Shown one piece after another: positions 27,594-38,324 of a DNA stretch of 64,000 bases (the stretch's first letter is position 1; each line of letters opens with the position of its first letter). The position numbers were made by a program, and so were the translations under genes. The stretch spans positions 21,003 through 85,002 of the forward strand of contig CAMATL010000001.1 in NCBI GenBank assembly GCA_945861145.1, written 5' to 3'. The notes beneath the pieces are model-generated. The model made no database searches. It had not been told where the DNA came from and saw only the letters and a program-made list of their open reading frames with translations. This stretch comes from a candidate division TM6 bacterium GW2011_GWF2_37_49. GTDB taxonomy: Bacteria; Babelota; Babeliae; Babelales; RVW-14.

Positions 27594-30488
27594 ATGAGAA
27601 TCATGCGGTCCACTTTCTTACTTATTTGTTACTGGCTCTACACACAACCGCTTATCGCAAATCTTGGTGGAACCTTTAAAGCAACAAACAAAGCTTTGAA
27701 TGAGCTCGATGAAACATCATTTTATCTAGAAAAAGCCAGCTTCAAAACCGATGTCCCATTCACTCAAGAAGAATTTGAGTATTTGGTAAACATTGAACCA
27801 AATACCTTTATTAATAAACTTGATGTACAGCGTGCATATCGTAACCTCATGCGCAAAAAGAGGTTTACCGGTATTAATATTAATATGCTCGATAGCACCA
27901 ATGGAAAACATCTCGTCTTTGAGCTTGAAGGCCAGTGGCTCTTAAGAAATATCAAAGTAACCGGATTTTTATTTGGTAAATATGAATACGGCGCACAATA
28001 CCTGCAGCAACCTGGCGACGTTTTTGATGTGAATCTTCACGAAGAATCACTGCAGGTATTACAAAGTTTTTTACATGATCAAGGATATTTTGACGGCATT
28101 GTCGAAGATGAATTGGATTATAATCCACTAGATAAAACAATCATTATCAAGCTGCATATTACTCGAGGCAAGCGCTACCATATCAATAAAATTGATATCA
28201 CTCACAGAGATACAACCAATACAGCCGACCTACTAAACAGTATTATTCAAGATACGCAGCAGGAATTTAAAGAATTGTTCCTCAAGCCACTGTACGCAAC
28301 AGAATATTTAACTAAAATTGCCGATACCCTCAAAGCAAAACTACGTCATAAAGGTTTTGAGCAACCACGCATTACACGCAAAAAATCGTTTAGCTTTGAA
28401 CAAAAACTAGTAAATATTGATTTCAATATTGAGGCAGGCAGTCGTAAAATTGTACATTTTTCTGGCAATACTTCTCTGCCAAGCGACACAATTAAAAAAA
28501 CAGTGCTTGGCGATGAACAACCTGGTTGGCTTTTTTCGCCAGACATCATATGCGAACAAATCGTACATGAATACGAACGCCGCGGATTTTCTGATACCAC
28601 CGTGCGTTGTGAAAAAAAAGATGATACATATACCTTCATAATTAATGAAGGTAAGCCAATCGCGCTAGAAGCTATTGAAATTAAAAATGCCGACACACTG
28701 ACAGCAGAAGACACCTCTTATTTTTGGCAAGAACTAGTCGGAAAAGATTTTTTTGATCAAAGCTTACTCGACCAAAAATTACAAGATTTTAAGCGCTTAT
28801 ACGAAAAAAACGGCTACTGGGATTTTTCTATTATTGACCAACAATCACGCATCAATGAATTAACAGGCAAACAAATAATCACCATCTTTATTAGTAAAGG
28901 CTCTCAGCGACTATGGGCAGGGCTTGAAATCAAAGACCACCCAGACCTTGCTTTGCTGGCAGGCTTCAAAAAATTTAACCTGCGCAACAAACAGCAATTA
29001 GTCCCTTTCAATCGCGCATGGCTTAGCGAACAAAAAACAATACTACTTAATCACTTTCAACAAGAAGGCCACTGGTACGCTGATGCGCAATCAGAGCTCA
29101 GTGAGCTTCCCATCGATGAAACCACAAACAACGGTAAGTCAATAAAGCGTTTATTTGTTAGCTGGGTTGTTACACCAGGACAACAAATAACTTTTGGTAA
29201 AATTATTATCTGCGGCAACAGTAGACTGCCTTTCAGCCGCATCAAAAATGAAATCAAATTCAGCGAAGGCGATGTCTGGAGTAAGGAAAAAATCGATTTA
29301 ACACGTAAAAAACTCAAGAGGCTCGACGTTTTCAAACGCGTACAAGTACAGCCGCATCAAGGCAGCGCTAAGCAGCAAAAACCGGTAGTAATAACCCTTG
29401 CCGACGAAGATCCATTTGAGATCCGCTTCCGTGCTGGCGTGTACGTACCAAGCAATAGCGCTATTTTTCATGAAGAAGTTACAGGTAAGGTGGGCACCTC
29501 GGCATCAATACGCAACCCCACCAATCGCGCAGACAAGGCAAAATTCGATGCAGATTTGAGCAACTTCGAACGAAAAATAAATCTCGAGTACCAGCAACCA
29601 TCTCTCTTTAATCTGCCACTCTTGGGCAAAATTAAACTGTATACCAATAATTTTACCCACCCTCTTCACATCTCCAATAGCCACTCAGCCTATCAAGCAC
29701 ATCAAACAGGTGTCCTTATTGCGCTCAACGAAGAGTTCAAAGAACATTATTTCGTAGGTTTCAATGTCGGCAATGAGTGGATCAAGACAAGTGATGTCAT
29801 TGGTAACATAAAATTTGATCCGACACTGCTCAATAAATTCATGCGCTATATTTTCATCGAGCCAACAATAACCATTGATCATCTTGATGATAAAATTAAT
29901 ACAACCCGCGGCACCTTCAGCTTTGCTTCATGCAAGCTTATGCTACCAACACAGATTTCTGATTATTCTGTACGCCTCACCTTAGAGCAATCAGCTTTTT
30001 ATTCTATCCATGAAGATGTTGTTCTTGCTGGTCGGCTGCGCTTAGGGCATATTTTTAGACGAAATTTTGAAACCATTATGCCAATCGAGCGCTTCTTTCT
30101 TGGTGGCCCAAATTCAGTACGTGGCTACGAAAAAGATTCAGTCCCGCCAATTGGCAAATCAATCATCACACGAACAGTCAACGGCGCAGCAACACCAGTC
30201 ACCGAATACACCATTCAAGGTGGCAGCTCAATGCTTAACTCAAACCTTGAAGTTCGCTTTCCAATTTTGCAAAAACGTATCCAGGGCGTGGTCTTTCAAG
30301 ACATTGGCGCACTCAGTCAAACAGACATGGCAGGACTCACCCAAAACTGGTATCCGGCTACAGGACTAGGGCTACGCTTTAAGACGCCAGTCGGCCCGCT
30401 ACGCTTTGACATCGGCTGGAAGTGGAAAAAACGATTTGTCGATGATTCCCGTATCGCCTGGTACCTCACCCTCGGTGAAGCGTTTTAA
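27594..30488 (+). CDS. Omp85-family protein with POTRA repeats (TamA/BamA-like paralogue)
   Basis: 964 aa with a signal peptide and repeated POTRA-like segments (IKVTGFLFGKYEY, IVHFSGNTSLPSDTIKK, IIICGNSRLPFSRIKNEI). The C-terminal barrel contains RFFLGGPNSVRGY and ends in WYLTLGEAF. Confidence 0.8.
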   Translation: MRIMRSTFLLICYWLYTQPLIANLGGTFKATNKALNELDETSFYLEKASFKTDVPFTQEEFEYLVNIEPNTFINKLDVQRAYRNLMRKKRFTGININMLDSTNGKHLVFELEGQWLLRNIKVTGFLFGKYEYGAQYLQQPGDVFDVNLHEESLQVLQSFLHDQGYFDGIVEDELDYNPLDKTIIIKLHITRGKRYHINKIDITHRDTTNTADLLNSIIQDTQQEFKELFLKPLYATEYLTKIADTLKAKLRHKGFEQPRITRKKSFSFEQKLVNIDFNIEAGSRKIVHFSGNTSLPSDTIKKTVLGDEQPGWLFSPDIICEQIVHEYERRGFSDTTVRCEKKDDTYTFIINEGKPIALEAIEIKNADTLTAEDTSYFWQELVGKDFFDQSLLDQKLQDFKRLYEKNGYWDFSIIDQQSRINELTGKQIITIFISKGSQRLWAGLEIKDHPDLALLAGFKKFNLRNKQQLVPFNRAWLSEQKTILLNHFQQEGHWYADAQSELSELPIDETTNNGKSIKRLFVSWVVTPGQQITFGKIIICGNSRLPFSRIKNEIKFSEGDVWSKEKIDLTRKKLKRLDVFKRVQVQPHQGSAKQQKPVVITLADEDPFEIRFRAGVYVPSNSAIFHEEVTGKVGTSASIRNPTNRADKAKFDADLSNFERKINLEYQQPSLFNLPLLGKIKLYTNNFTHPLHISNSHSAYQAHQTGVLIALNEEFKEHYFVGFNVGNEWIKTSDVIGNIKFDPTLLNKFMRYIFIEPTITIDHLDDKINTTRGTFSFASCKLMLPTQISDYSVRLTLEQSAFYSIHEDVVLAGRLRLGHIFRRNFETIMPIERFFLGGPNSVRGYEKDSVPPIGKSIITRTVNGAATPVTEYTIQGGSSMLNSNLEVRFPILQKRIQGVVFQDIGALSQTDMAGLTQNWYPATGLGLRFKTPVGPLRFDIGWKWKKRFVDDSRIAWYLTLGEAF

Positions 30489-30627
30489 GATAAAAGGGGT
30501 CCTTTTATCGGAAATAAAAAACTATTTGATTATTCAATAATGTTTTTTTTAGAATCAACCTCAAGCTCATTGAAGCCTCGTACAATTTTTACAAGCACCA
30601 TTTAACCAAGAAAAATAGGAGCTAAAT

Positions 30628-31038
30628 ATGGCGGCTAATTGCTTTGAAAATATCGCTAAAAGCTTGTCGCTACTATTATCATTTTCCATGTTGTTCTGTT
30701 GTGTTTTGCCTATCCTTTTTAGCTTACTAGGATTTGGTGCTACTTTTGCCGCACTTATCGCTATTTTCCCTTTTCTGGTCACGCTTAGTAAAATAAAAGC
30801 TTGGCTGTTTTTATTTGGATTTATTTTGCTTTCTGTGGATGCCTATTATGTTTTTTTTAGAAAAAAAATTGTATGCCCCATACCGCTCAATAATGATCAG
30901 CTAACAAAAACTTCTTTCTGCGACTCAGCTGCAAAATTGAATAGGGTCCTTTTTTGGTTTTCAGCACTTATTTTCTCTGTCGCCTTTTTCACAGCATACC
31001 TAGCGTTTCCCTTGCTTAAATATTTAGGAATGTTGTGA
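30628..31038 (+). CDS. MerT/MerC-like membrane protein with a CC motif in TM1
   Basis: 136 aa with 4 TM helices. FSMLFCCVLPILFSLLGFG resembles the CC-x-x-P metal-binding helix of Mer transport proteins. Further Cys residues occur at KKIVCPIP and SFCDS. Confidence 0.5.
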   Translation: MAANCFENIAKSLSLLLSFSMLFCCVLPILFSLLGFGATFAALIAIFPFLVTLSKIKAWLFLFGFILLSVDAYYVFFRKKIVCPIPLNNDQLTKTSFCDSAAKLNRVLFWFSALIFSVAFFTAYLAFPLLKYLGML

Positions 31039-31910
31039 TAATTATCAATCCAAGAAAAATTCTTATTCTCGCTTTATTATCAACATTTTTTAGTAAAGCA
31101 GCACCCCATGGGCCTATTTTTGGCTTAGGACCAGACTTAATCAGAAAAGGTGGTTACGCTATTGAAGCTGAAATTGAACATGAAATTGTAGGCAAGGAAA
31201 GAGAAAGCGTCCTTAACGCTGAGATTATATATGGAGCTACTGAATATCTTTCGATCTCAGCAGTAATGCCTTTTTTTCTCAACATGGAACATCAAGAAAA
31301 TGGTACCTCTAAGTCTTTTAAATCTGCAGGCTTAGACAAAATTGAAACTCAAGCAAAGCTTAGAATTTATCATGACTACCAATACGGACTCCGCGATCAA
31401 GCAGTAATTATTGGTGGCATAAGACTACCAACCATTAGTCAAGCACAAGATCCAAATACCCGCTTGCCAGTTCAAGGCAAAAATCCATCACTTGGCAATC
31501 AATCTTTAGATTTTTTTATAGCTCTTGCTGCCGGCCGCGAAATGCTTCAGAAAAATTATTTTTGCTCCCTGCAATACGTCGTTAATACCAGAGCAAATCA
31601 TATTAAAGAAGGCAATGAACTAACGTTAACACTCTCCACAGGATTTCGACCTTCTTTAATATCTTATCGAGACCTTGATTGGTTCTTTTCTATGGAATTC
31701 AACTTCATCAACACTGAAAAAAGTCTTAAATCCGGCATCGCGGAAATAAACTCTGGTGGATACACAGGCTATATCGGCCCAACAGTAATTGTATCCAAAG
31801 AAAATATAGCCTTTAAGGCTGGCATCCAGGCCCCAATGTTTGAGCAAGTAAATGGTGAACAAGATAAACATGATTTGCGATTTGCAGCAGGATTTGATTT
31901 GCATTTTTAA
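31035..31910 (+). CDS. Putative outer-membrane beta-barrel protein
   Basis: The GTG start overlaps the upstream stop. Signal peptide (ILILALLSTFFSKAAP), alternating amphipathic strands, and a C-terminal FAAGFDLHF ending in Phe. Confidence 0.5.
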   Translation: MIIINPRKILILALLSTFFSKAAPHGPIFGLGPDLIRKGGYAIEAEIEHEIVGKERESVLNAEIIYGATEYLSISAVMPFFLNMEHQENGTSKSFKSAGLDKIETQAKLRIYHDYQYGLRDQAVIIGGIRLPTISQAQDPNTRLPVQGKNPSLGNQSLDFFIALAAGREMLQKNYFCSLQYVVNTRANHIKEGNELTLTLSTGFRPSLISYRDLDWFFSMEFNFINTEKSLKSGIAEINSGGYTGYIGPTVIVSKENIAFKAGIQAPMFEQVNGEQDKHDLRFAAGFDLHF

Positions 31911-31924
31911 AAAAGGAAGAAAAA

Positions 31925-32248
31925 ATGTTGAGCTCAATGATTAAAAAAAATGCGTTAATCATAGCCTGTATAACATTATTAGGCCTGCCCTTACAGGTAA
32001 TGGCAATAACTGAAAAAGCCTTAACAATCAATATCAAAGGCATGACATGCCCCTTCTGCGCTAATAGCTTAGAACAAGCCCTTAAGGGTAGACCTTATAT
32101 AAAATTGGTAAAAGAGATCAATCTAAAAGAAGGCTTTGCGGTTCTTGATTTAAACGAAGAATCAACAATGTCGTTAGACGAGATTGAAAAAGATCTCGCT
32201 CAAACAATAAAAGAAGCTACTTTCATTTACGATGGCATTAAAAAGTAA
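31925..32248 (+). CDS. Periplasmic heavy-metal-associated (HMA) domain protein, MerP/CopZ-like
   Basis: Signal peptide (ALIIACITLLGLPLQVMA) followed by the GMTCPFCANSLEQAL motif (GMTCxxC). Confidence 0.75.
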   Translation: MLSSMIKKNALIIACITLLGLPLQVMAITEKALTINIKGMTCPFCANSLEQALKGRPYIKLVKEINLKEGFAVLDLNEESTMSLDEIEKDLAQTIKEATFIYDGIKK

Positions 32249-32418
32249 TGCAAATTCAATAATCACACTTCACCATTTTATTTAAAAAAACCCTACCCTA
32301 AAAAAATAGGGCACTATCTACATTCTGTATAAAATTCTTCGCGCATGCTATAATTATAAATTCGATACTTACCACTAGGTGAGACTTTTTAATATAAAAT
32401 TAGAGCTTTTGGTTAAAC

Positions 32419-33330
32419 ATGAATTTTTTGCTACAGGAAAATAAGGGATCTTTTTACGCGCTGCTTTCCGGGTTTTTATATGGCTTGCTTGGCTATTTTG
32501 GCATGAGTCTTGTCGGCGCTAATTTTTCTATTTTCAATATGCTTTTTTGGCGTTTCTTGATATCAAGCGCATTGATTATGATCATTCTCTTTTTCACTTA
32601 CAAAAAAAACACAGATCGCCCTCAAGAAGCTCTAAAAATGATGCTTTATGGCGGCGTATTTTACAGCGCATCTGCAACCATTTATTTCTTGGCCTGTAGC
32701 TACATTGGCACAGGGCTTGCTATGGTTATATTTTTTACCTACCCAGCAGCAGTAATGCTTTTAAATTGGGTACTCCATAAAACAAAGCCAAGCAGATCTT
32801 ACTATATCGCTATTGCCGTTATTATGGCTGGGCTTGTCTTGCTCGCTGATCTCAACGGCGCAAGGCTGAATGTCACCGGTATTGGGTTTGCTATTTTATC
32901 TGCAATTGCGTATGCCAGCTACATTGTGTTTAGTAAAAAAGTACAAACTTCGCCCTTGATGTCGACACTCATGGTATCAATGGGCTGCACCATCACGAGC
33001 CTTATTCTTACACTTATAGATAAAAGCTTTCTGATCCCCGCAAGCTCAACTCAATGGTTAAATATTTTTGGTTTTGGCATCCTTTGCACGGCATTACCGA
33101 TTTTGTTGTTGCTCGAAGCACTCAAAACGATTAGCTCAATTAAAGCGTCACTGCTTTCAGTTTTAGAGCCAGTATTTGTCGTAATTTTCGGCATCATCCT
33201 CCTGGGAGAGCATGTGAATGGCCGTCAAACAATCGGCATCTTAACCGTGCTTACTGGTGCATTAACTACACTGCTTAGCACCGCTAAAATTGAACCAAAA
33301 AATAAATTTTTACAAAACTCAGAAAACTAA
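32419..33330 (+). CDS. EamA/DMT-family transporter
   Basis: 303 aa with about 10 TM helices in two similar halves, typical of the drug/metabolite transporter superfamily. Confidence 0.7.
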   Translation: MNFLLQENKGSFYALLSGFLYGLLGYFGMSLVGANFSIFNMLFWRFLISSALIMIILFFTYKKNTDRPQEALKMMLYGGVFYSASATIYFLACSYIGTGLAMVIFFTYPAAVMLLNWVLHKTKPSRSYYIAIAVIMAGLVLLADLNGARLNVTGIGFAILSAIAYASYIVFSKKVQTSPLMSTLMVSMGCTITSLILTLIDKSFLIPASSTQWLNIFGFGILCTALPILLLLEALKTISSIKASLLSVLEPVFVVIFGIILLGEHVNGRQTIGILTVLTGALTTLLSTAKIEPKNKFLQNSEN

Positions 33331-33335
33331 GATAA

Positions 33336-33358
33336 GGGGCCCTCATTGACAGGGCCCC
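33336..33358. terminator. Bidirectional hairpin terminator
   Basis: ggggccct (33336..33343), loop cattgac, agggcccc (33351..33358), between the convergent EamA gene and nrdB. Confidence 0.6.
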
Positions 33359-33371
33359 AATAAAAAATGCT

Positions 33372-34397
33372 TTAATCCCAGGTCAAAGAGCCTGCAGTTT
33401 GATATTCTGTTACCCGCGTCTCAAAGAAATTCTTTTCTTTAGACAAATCGGTGGCTTGCGCCATCCACGGGAACGGATTTTCTTTGTTGTACACTTTTGG
33501 CAATCCAAGCCGCTCTAGGCGTCGATCAGCCATATGCTCAACGTAGTTGCAAAATTGTTCTGCATTGATGCCAAACACGCCCTGCGGGCAAGCATCTACA
33601 GCATAGGCACGCTCAAGCACTACCGCTTGGCGGATAAGATCAACAATTGTATCTTGAAAAGCTTGGTCCCATATTTCTGGATTTTCAGCTTTAATGGTAT
33701 TAATCAGATCACACCCATAGGCCAAATGTAAGCTTTCATCACGCATGATGTACTCAAATTGCTGACCAATGCCTTCCATTTTTTGCTGACGTCTAAGCGC
33801 AAGCATCATGGCAAAGCCGGCATAGAAAAAGATGCCTTCCATGATCACATAAAACGCAACAACATCTAAAACAAACTTTTGGATATTTTCTTTAGAGTCT
33901 GTCTTAAACGCAGGGTCCATGATCGAGAGCGTTAAGTTAACAACAAATTCATCTTTAGCTTTGATTGATGGCACACTTTGATACATGTTATAAATATCAT
34001 CTGGGTCAAGACCTAATGAATCACAACAGTAAATGAATGTGTCCGTATGCACAGCCTCTTCATACGCCTGGCGCAACATGTACTGACGACATTCAGGATT
34101 GGTAACATGTCGGTACACTGCAAGCACAATGTTATTTGCCGTTAATGATTCTGCTGTAGAAAAAAAGCCCAAATTCCACAACACCAAACGACGCTCTGTC
34201 TCAGACAATGCATCTTTTGATTTCCACTGCTCGACATCTTTTTGCATCGAAACTTCTTCAGGCGTCCAATTATTTGCCACACCGCTTTTGTAATGTTCTC
34301 GCGCCCATGTGTAGCGCATGGGGAGCATTTTATTTGGATCAGTAGAGTTGTCGTTAATAATAGAACCCTTACGTTTGTAAAGTTGAGCCGGTTGCAT
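33372..34397 (-). CDS. nrdB: Ribonucleotide reductase class I beta subunit
   Basis: Di-iron and radical motifs: YEEAVHTDTF, MEGIFFYAGFAMMLAL, RDESLHLAYG. Confidence 0.9.
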   Translation of the reverse strand: MQPAQLYKRKGSIINDNSTDPNKMLPMRYTWAREHYKSGVANNWTPEEVSMQKDVEQWKSKDALSETERRLVLWNLGFFSTAESLTANNIVLAVYRHVTNPECRQYMLRQAYEEAVHTDTFIYCCDSLGLDPDDIYNMYQSVPSIKAKDEFVVNLTLSIMDPAFKTDSKENIQKFVLDVVAFYVIMEGIFFYAGFAMMLALRRQQKMEGIGQQFEYIMRDESLHLAYGCDLINTIKAENPEIWDQAFQDTIVDLIRQAVVLERAYAVDACPQGVFGINAEQFCNYVEHMADRRLERLGLPKVYNKENPFPWMAQATDLSKEKNFFETRVTEYQTAGSLTWD

Positions 34398-34436
34398 AAA
34401 AAGTCCTTTTTCTAAAATTCAAAATGTTTTTCAAAA

Positions 34437-36962
34437 TTATTGGCAAGATTCACAATCTTCAGGCTTACCATTAATGCCACACGCTGCTGCAGCTTCTTTT
34501 GCTACAGGAGCTGTTTCAAGCTTTTCATATGAACGCTTTTGCGTAAAACCAAACTTGCCGGCATCTAGAGTGGATTTTTCAATCTGCGACGCTGCCAACG
34601 TACGGAGGTAGTAGGTGGTTTTAAGGCCAAGCTTCCAAGCAGCCATATAAATTTCATGAATACGCTTACCTGAAACACCTTTCAGGAAAATATTATGTGA
34701 CTGGCTTTGGTCGATCCATTTACCACGCAAAGCGGTTAAGCGCAGCAGAACTTCAGGCTCAATCTCAAACGCTTCGCGATATTTATGGCGCAGCTGGGCA
34801 GGAATACTATCGATCATTTGGATGCTACCATCGTAATATTTTATTTGATCAAGCATGCCTTGATTCCACAAGCCAAGCTTTTTTAGATCATTAATCAGGT
34901 ACTCATTAACAATAGTAAACTCACCGCTCATATTTGATTTAACATACATATTTTTATAAATAGGCTCAATTGAAGGGATGCAGCCTGCAATGGTCGAAAT
35001 CGTCGCGGTTGGAGCAATTGCCATCATGTTTGAATTACGCAAGCCATACTCTTTAACCAAATCACGCACCGGCTGCCAGTCAAGACGACTAATGCGATCG
35101 ATATCAATTGTCTCGCCACGCTCTTGCTCAACAAGCGCAATGGTATCAACAGGGAATAGATTTCGATCCCACTTTGAACCCTTAAAGCTTTCATAGGCGC
35201 CACGCTCTTTGGCCAACAGCGCAGATGAACGTATGGCATGGTATGATATCAATTCCATTAATTTATCAACAAACTCTGCGGCCCCTTGTGTGTCAAATGA
35301 TAAATCCATTTTATAAAGAGCGTCTTGCAAGCCCATGATCCCCAGGCCGACGGGGCGATGCCTAAAGTTACTGTTGCTTGCTTCAATGGTAGGGTAAAAA
35401 TTTACATCAACCACATTATCCAAAGCCTGCATTGCAGTGGTTATTGTTTCCATCAACATGGTTTGATCAAGTACACCATCAGTGACATGCTTTTCAAGAT
35501 TGATTGATCCTAAATTACATACGGCTGTTTCTTCTCGCGAGGTGTTGAGCGTAATTTCAGTACATAAATTTGACGAGTGTACAACCCCAGCATGATCCTG
35601 CGGGGAACGGATATTACAAACGTCTTTAAAGGTTACCCATGGGTGACCGGTTTCAAAAATTCTGGATAACATTTTACGCCACAACTGCGTAGCTGGCATC
35701 GTCTTGTGATTTTTAATTTCACCACTTAGAGCCTTGCGCTCATACGCTTCATACGCTTCTTCAAATTTTTTGCCATACAGATCATGTAGCCCAGCAACCT
35801 CATCAGGAGAAAACAGTGTCCATGAGCCTTCATGCTCTACTCGCTTCATGAAGAGATCAGGAATCCAGCTCACGGTATTCATGTCATGCGCTCGGCGACG
35901 ATCATCACCAGTATTTTTACGCAAATCCAAAAAATCTTCATAGTCTAGATGCCATGCTTCAAGATAAACCGCAGTAGCTCCACGACGACTACCACTACGA
36001 TTAATCGCTGCAGTTACATCGTTTGCAATTTTAAGAAAGGGGATCAGCCCTTGGCTCGAAGCGCCCATGCTTTTAATGAGCGATCCTGTTGCGCGCAACG
36101 AGGTCCAGTCGGTACCAATACCGCCCGACCATTTCGAAAGATTAGCATTATCTTTGTAGCATTTAAAAATGTGGTCTAGGTCATCTGAAACATAATTAAG
36201 ATAACATGAGCTTAATTGCGGGTGAGTTGTGCCGGCATGAAAAAGTGTTGGCGTGGATGGGATGTAACGCAAATTAGAAAACAAGGTATAAAACCTAATA
36301 GTCGCTTCTAATTTATCTTTTTCTTCTAACGCCAACCCCATAGCCACACGCATCCAGAATGCCTGTGGCAGCTCGTATACATGCTTTGCGTTTTTCAAAA
36401 AATAACGCTCGTACAATGTCTGAATACCGGTGTAACGAAAAAGGCTGTCTCGCTCAATTACAAGCGCTTGCGAAAGCTCTTGCAGCGGAAACTCTAATAA
36501 ACGAGCATCTAATTTTTCAAGCGCTACACCTTTATGAATCTCTTCAATAAAAGCTTTGCGGTATGCTGCGGCAAGCTGACTATCATTTATAGACTCGCCC
36601 ATAACTTCTTTATAAATTTTTTGCAAAAACAACCCGGTCGCAAGCCGGTTATAATTTGGATCTTTTTCTATAAAAACAACGGCTGCTAAAATAAGTCCAC
36701 GCTCTAAATCTTTAGAGCTTACGCCGTCGTAAATATTCTTGATCACTTCATGCATAAGCATGTCTATATCTACCGTGATTGCGCAATCACGTGCAACACG
36801 CGCAAACGTTGCTTCTATTTTCAAGTAATCAATAATAACCTTTGCGCCATCAGCTTTTACAACAAGCCATGATGGCATTGATGCGTGTGCAGGATTCGGT
36901 TGGCATACCCTATTGCCCATTTGTTGCATATCAATTGTGTTCATAACATCCCTTTCATCCAA
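34437..36962 (-). CDS. nrdA: Ribonucleotide reductase class I alpha subunit
   Basis: 841 aa with SSCYLN, the active-site SNLCTEI, and a C-terminal Cys pair (CESCQ). An alternative start is the ATG at 36941. Confidence 0.9.
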   Translation of the reverse strand: MDERDVMNTIDMQQMGNRVCQPNPAHASMPSWLVVKADGAKVIIDYLKIEATFARVARDCAITVDIDMLMHEVIKNIYDGVSSKDLERGLILAAVVFIEKDPNYNRLATGLFLQKIYKEVMGESINDSQLAAAYRKAFIEEIHKGVALEKLDARLLEFPLQELSQALVIERDSLFRYTGIQTLYERYFLKNAKHVYELPQAFWMRVAMGLALEEKDKLEATIRFYTLFSNLRYIPSTPTLFHAGTTHPQLSSCYLNYVSDDLDHIFKCYKDNANLSKWSGGIGTDWTSLRATGSLIKSMGASSQGLIPFLKIANDVTAAINRSGSRRGATAVYLEAWHLDYEDFLDLRKNTGDDRRRAHDMNTVSWIPDLFMKRVEHEGSWTLFSPDEVAGLHDLYGKKFEEAYEAYERKALSGEIKNHKTMPATQLWRKMLSRIFETGHPWVTFKDVCNIRSPQDHAGVVHSSNLCTEITLNTSREETAVCNLGSINLEKHVTDGVLDQTMLMETITTAMQALDNVVDVNFYPTIEASNSNFRHRPVGLGIMGLQDALYKMDLSFDTQGAAEFVDKLMELISYHAIRSSALLAKERGAYESFKGSKWDRNLFPVDTIALVEQERGETIDIDRISRLDWQPVRDLVKEYGLRNSNMMAIAPTATISTIAGCIPSIEPIYKNMYVKSNMSGEFTIVNEYLINDLKKLGLWNQGMLDQIKYYDGSIQMIDSIPAQLRHKYREAFEIEPEVLLRLTALRGKWIDQSQSHNIFLKGVSGKRIHEIYMAAWKLGLKTTYYLRTLAASQIEKSTLDAGKFGFTQKRSYEKLETAPVAKEAAAACGINGKPEDCESCQ

Positions 36963-37498
36963 AACGCCGATCTATTAAAACTTGAAACCAACTGACTGCG
37001 CCACAGCCTTAAATTTCTAGTTTGTAATTAAATATTGCCCCTTCTCGAACTATACTCTACCAGGTTGAACACCCTCGCGCAACGATTTTTTTTAATCACC
37101 TAAATACGTTATTGACAAATGCTTTTAACGAATTTTTATATAAAAAAAAGAACAAAATTTAGCAAAAAAAATCTATAAAAATATTCATTGTTGATACAAC
37201 GATCATTTGCATTTTTATGCGACAGCGATATTTTTATTTGAAAGTTTTTTTACTCAAAAAAAAAGTACTGTAATAAATTCTCTTGTGGAATAAAAAACTT
37301 TCCAAGCGGTTTGTATCGGGTAAAAATATCTACCCATTTTTTACCCTTACAGAAGAATCGTTATAAAAAAATATTTTACGAAAAACTAAAAAATTACAGT
37401 CGCACATTTCCCTTGTTAGCTTAATAATGAATTTACTTGAAAAAATGCTGCTTTTTTACCAAGCTGCAATCGTAAATTTTGAACTCAAAGGAGCACTC

Positions 37499-38257
37499 AT
37501 GGTTTTTATCGCAAATTTTAAAATGATGCTTACCACCCCGATGGCGGTAAAGCTGGTCAACGATAATCTCGCTGACTACAAAGCCCTGGCAACTGATTCA
37601 ACAATTATAATCTGTCCGCCAGCAACTGCGTTACGTGACCTGCAAAAAATTTCAAACCAGAGCAGTATTCAACTTGGAGCCCAAACCTGCGGCCCAGCTA
37701 CTACAGGAGCCTACACCGGCGACATCAGCCCCGCTGATCTTGCTGCCTGTGGTGCAACCTACTGCCTCGTCGGACACAGTGAGCGACGTAATCTTTATTT
37801 TGAAAACGATGTTCAAGTCGCCGCAAAAGCAGCACTGCTAGCAACGCTACACATCACACCGGTAGTCTGTATCGGCGAAACGCTGGTTGACCGGGAGGCT
37901 GGCAATACCCTAGCCATCCTAGAACGACAACTCACCCCCGTACTGTCAGCGCTTAACGGCTTAGAAGAACACGTACCAGTGCTCATAGCCTATGAGCCAG
38001 TTTGGGCAATTGGTAGCGGACTCGTACCAACCCCTGAAAACCTGAGTACAATTTTTTCTGCACTGAGTGAATTTATGGCAAAAAAAGTACCAACGATGAC
38101 GTACAAGTTGTTATACGGCGGTAGTGTCTCGTCAAAAACGGTTATATCACTTGCTCAGGTTAAGCATCTGCATGGGCTTTTGATTGGTGGGGCAAGTTTG
38201 GACTTTCAAGAATTTAAAAAAATAGTAGACTACTTTCATTGCCCGGCGTCAAACTAA
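37499..38257 (+). CDS. tpiA: Triosephosphate isomerase
   Basis: IANFKM, VGHSERR, AYEPVWAIGSG and LYGGSV. The ATG at 37499 follows aaaggag (the longest ORF, from 37427, adds 24 unlikely residues). Confidence 0.9.
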   Translation: MVFIANFKMMLTTPMAVKLVNDNLADYKALATDSTIIICPPATALRDLQKISNQSSIQLGAQTCGPATTGAYTGDISPADLAACGATYCLVGHSERRNLYFENDVQVAAKAALLATLHITPVVCIGETLVDREAGNTLAILERQLTPVLSALNGLEEHVPVLIAYEPVWAIGSGLVPTPENLSTIFSALSEFMAKKVPTMTYKLLYGGSVSSKTVISLAQVKHLHGLLIGGASLDFQEFKKIVDYFHCPASN

Positions 38258-38324
38258 GGCTCGTCAGACGCAGGTGGCTACATTGTACGAGCACTCACAA
38301 AGCGTTCTCAAAAAGAGAGGTATC

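Noticed and set aside
36963-37498. The long AT-rich nrdA upstream region as a site for NrdR boxes or a riboswitch
   Set aside because: I found no 16-bp ACACTATATATAGTGT-like palindromes in tandem and no conserved riboswitch core. Only a weak ttgttgatacaacga near-palindrome is present, which is not enough to call.
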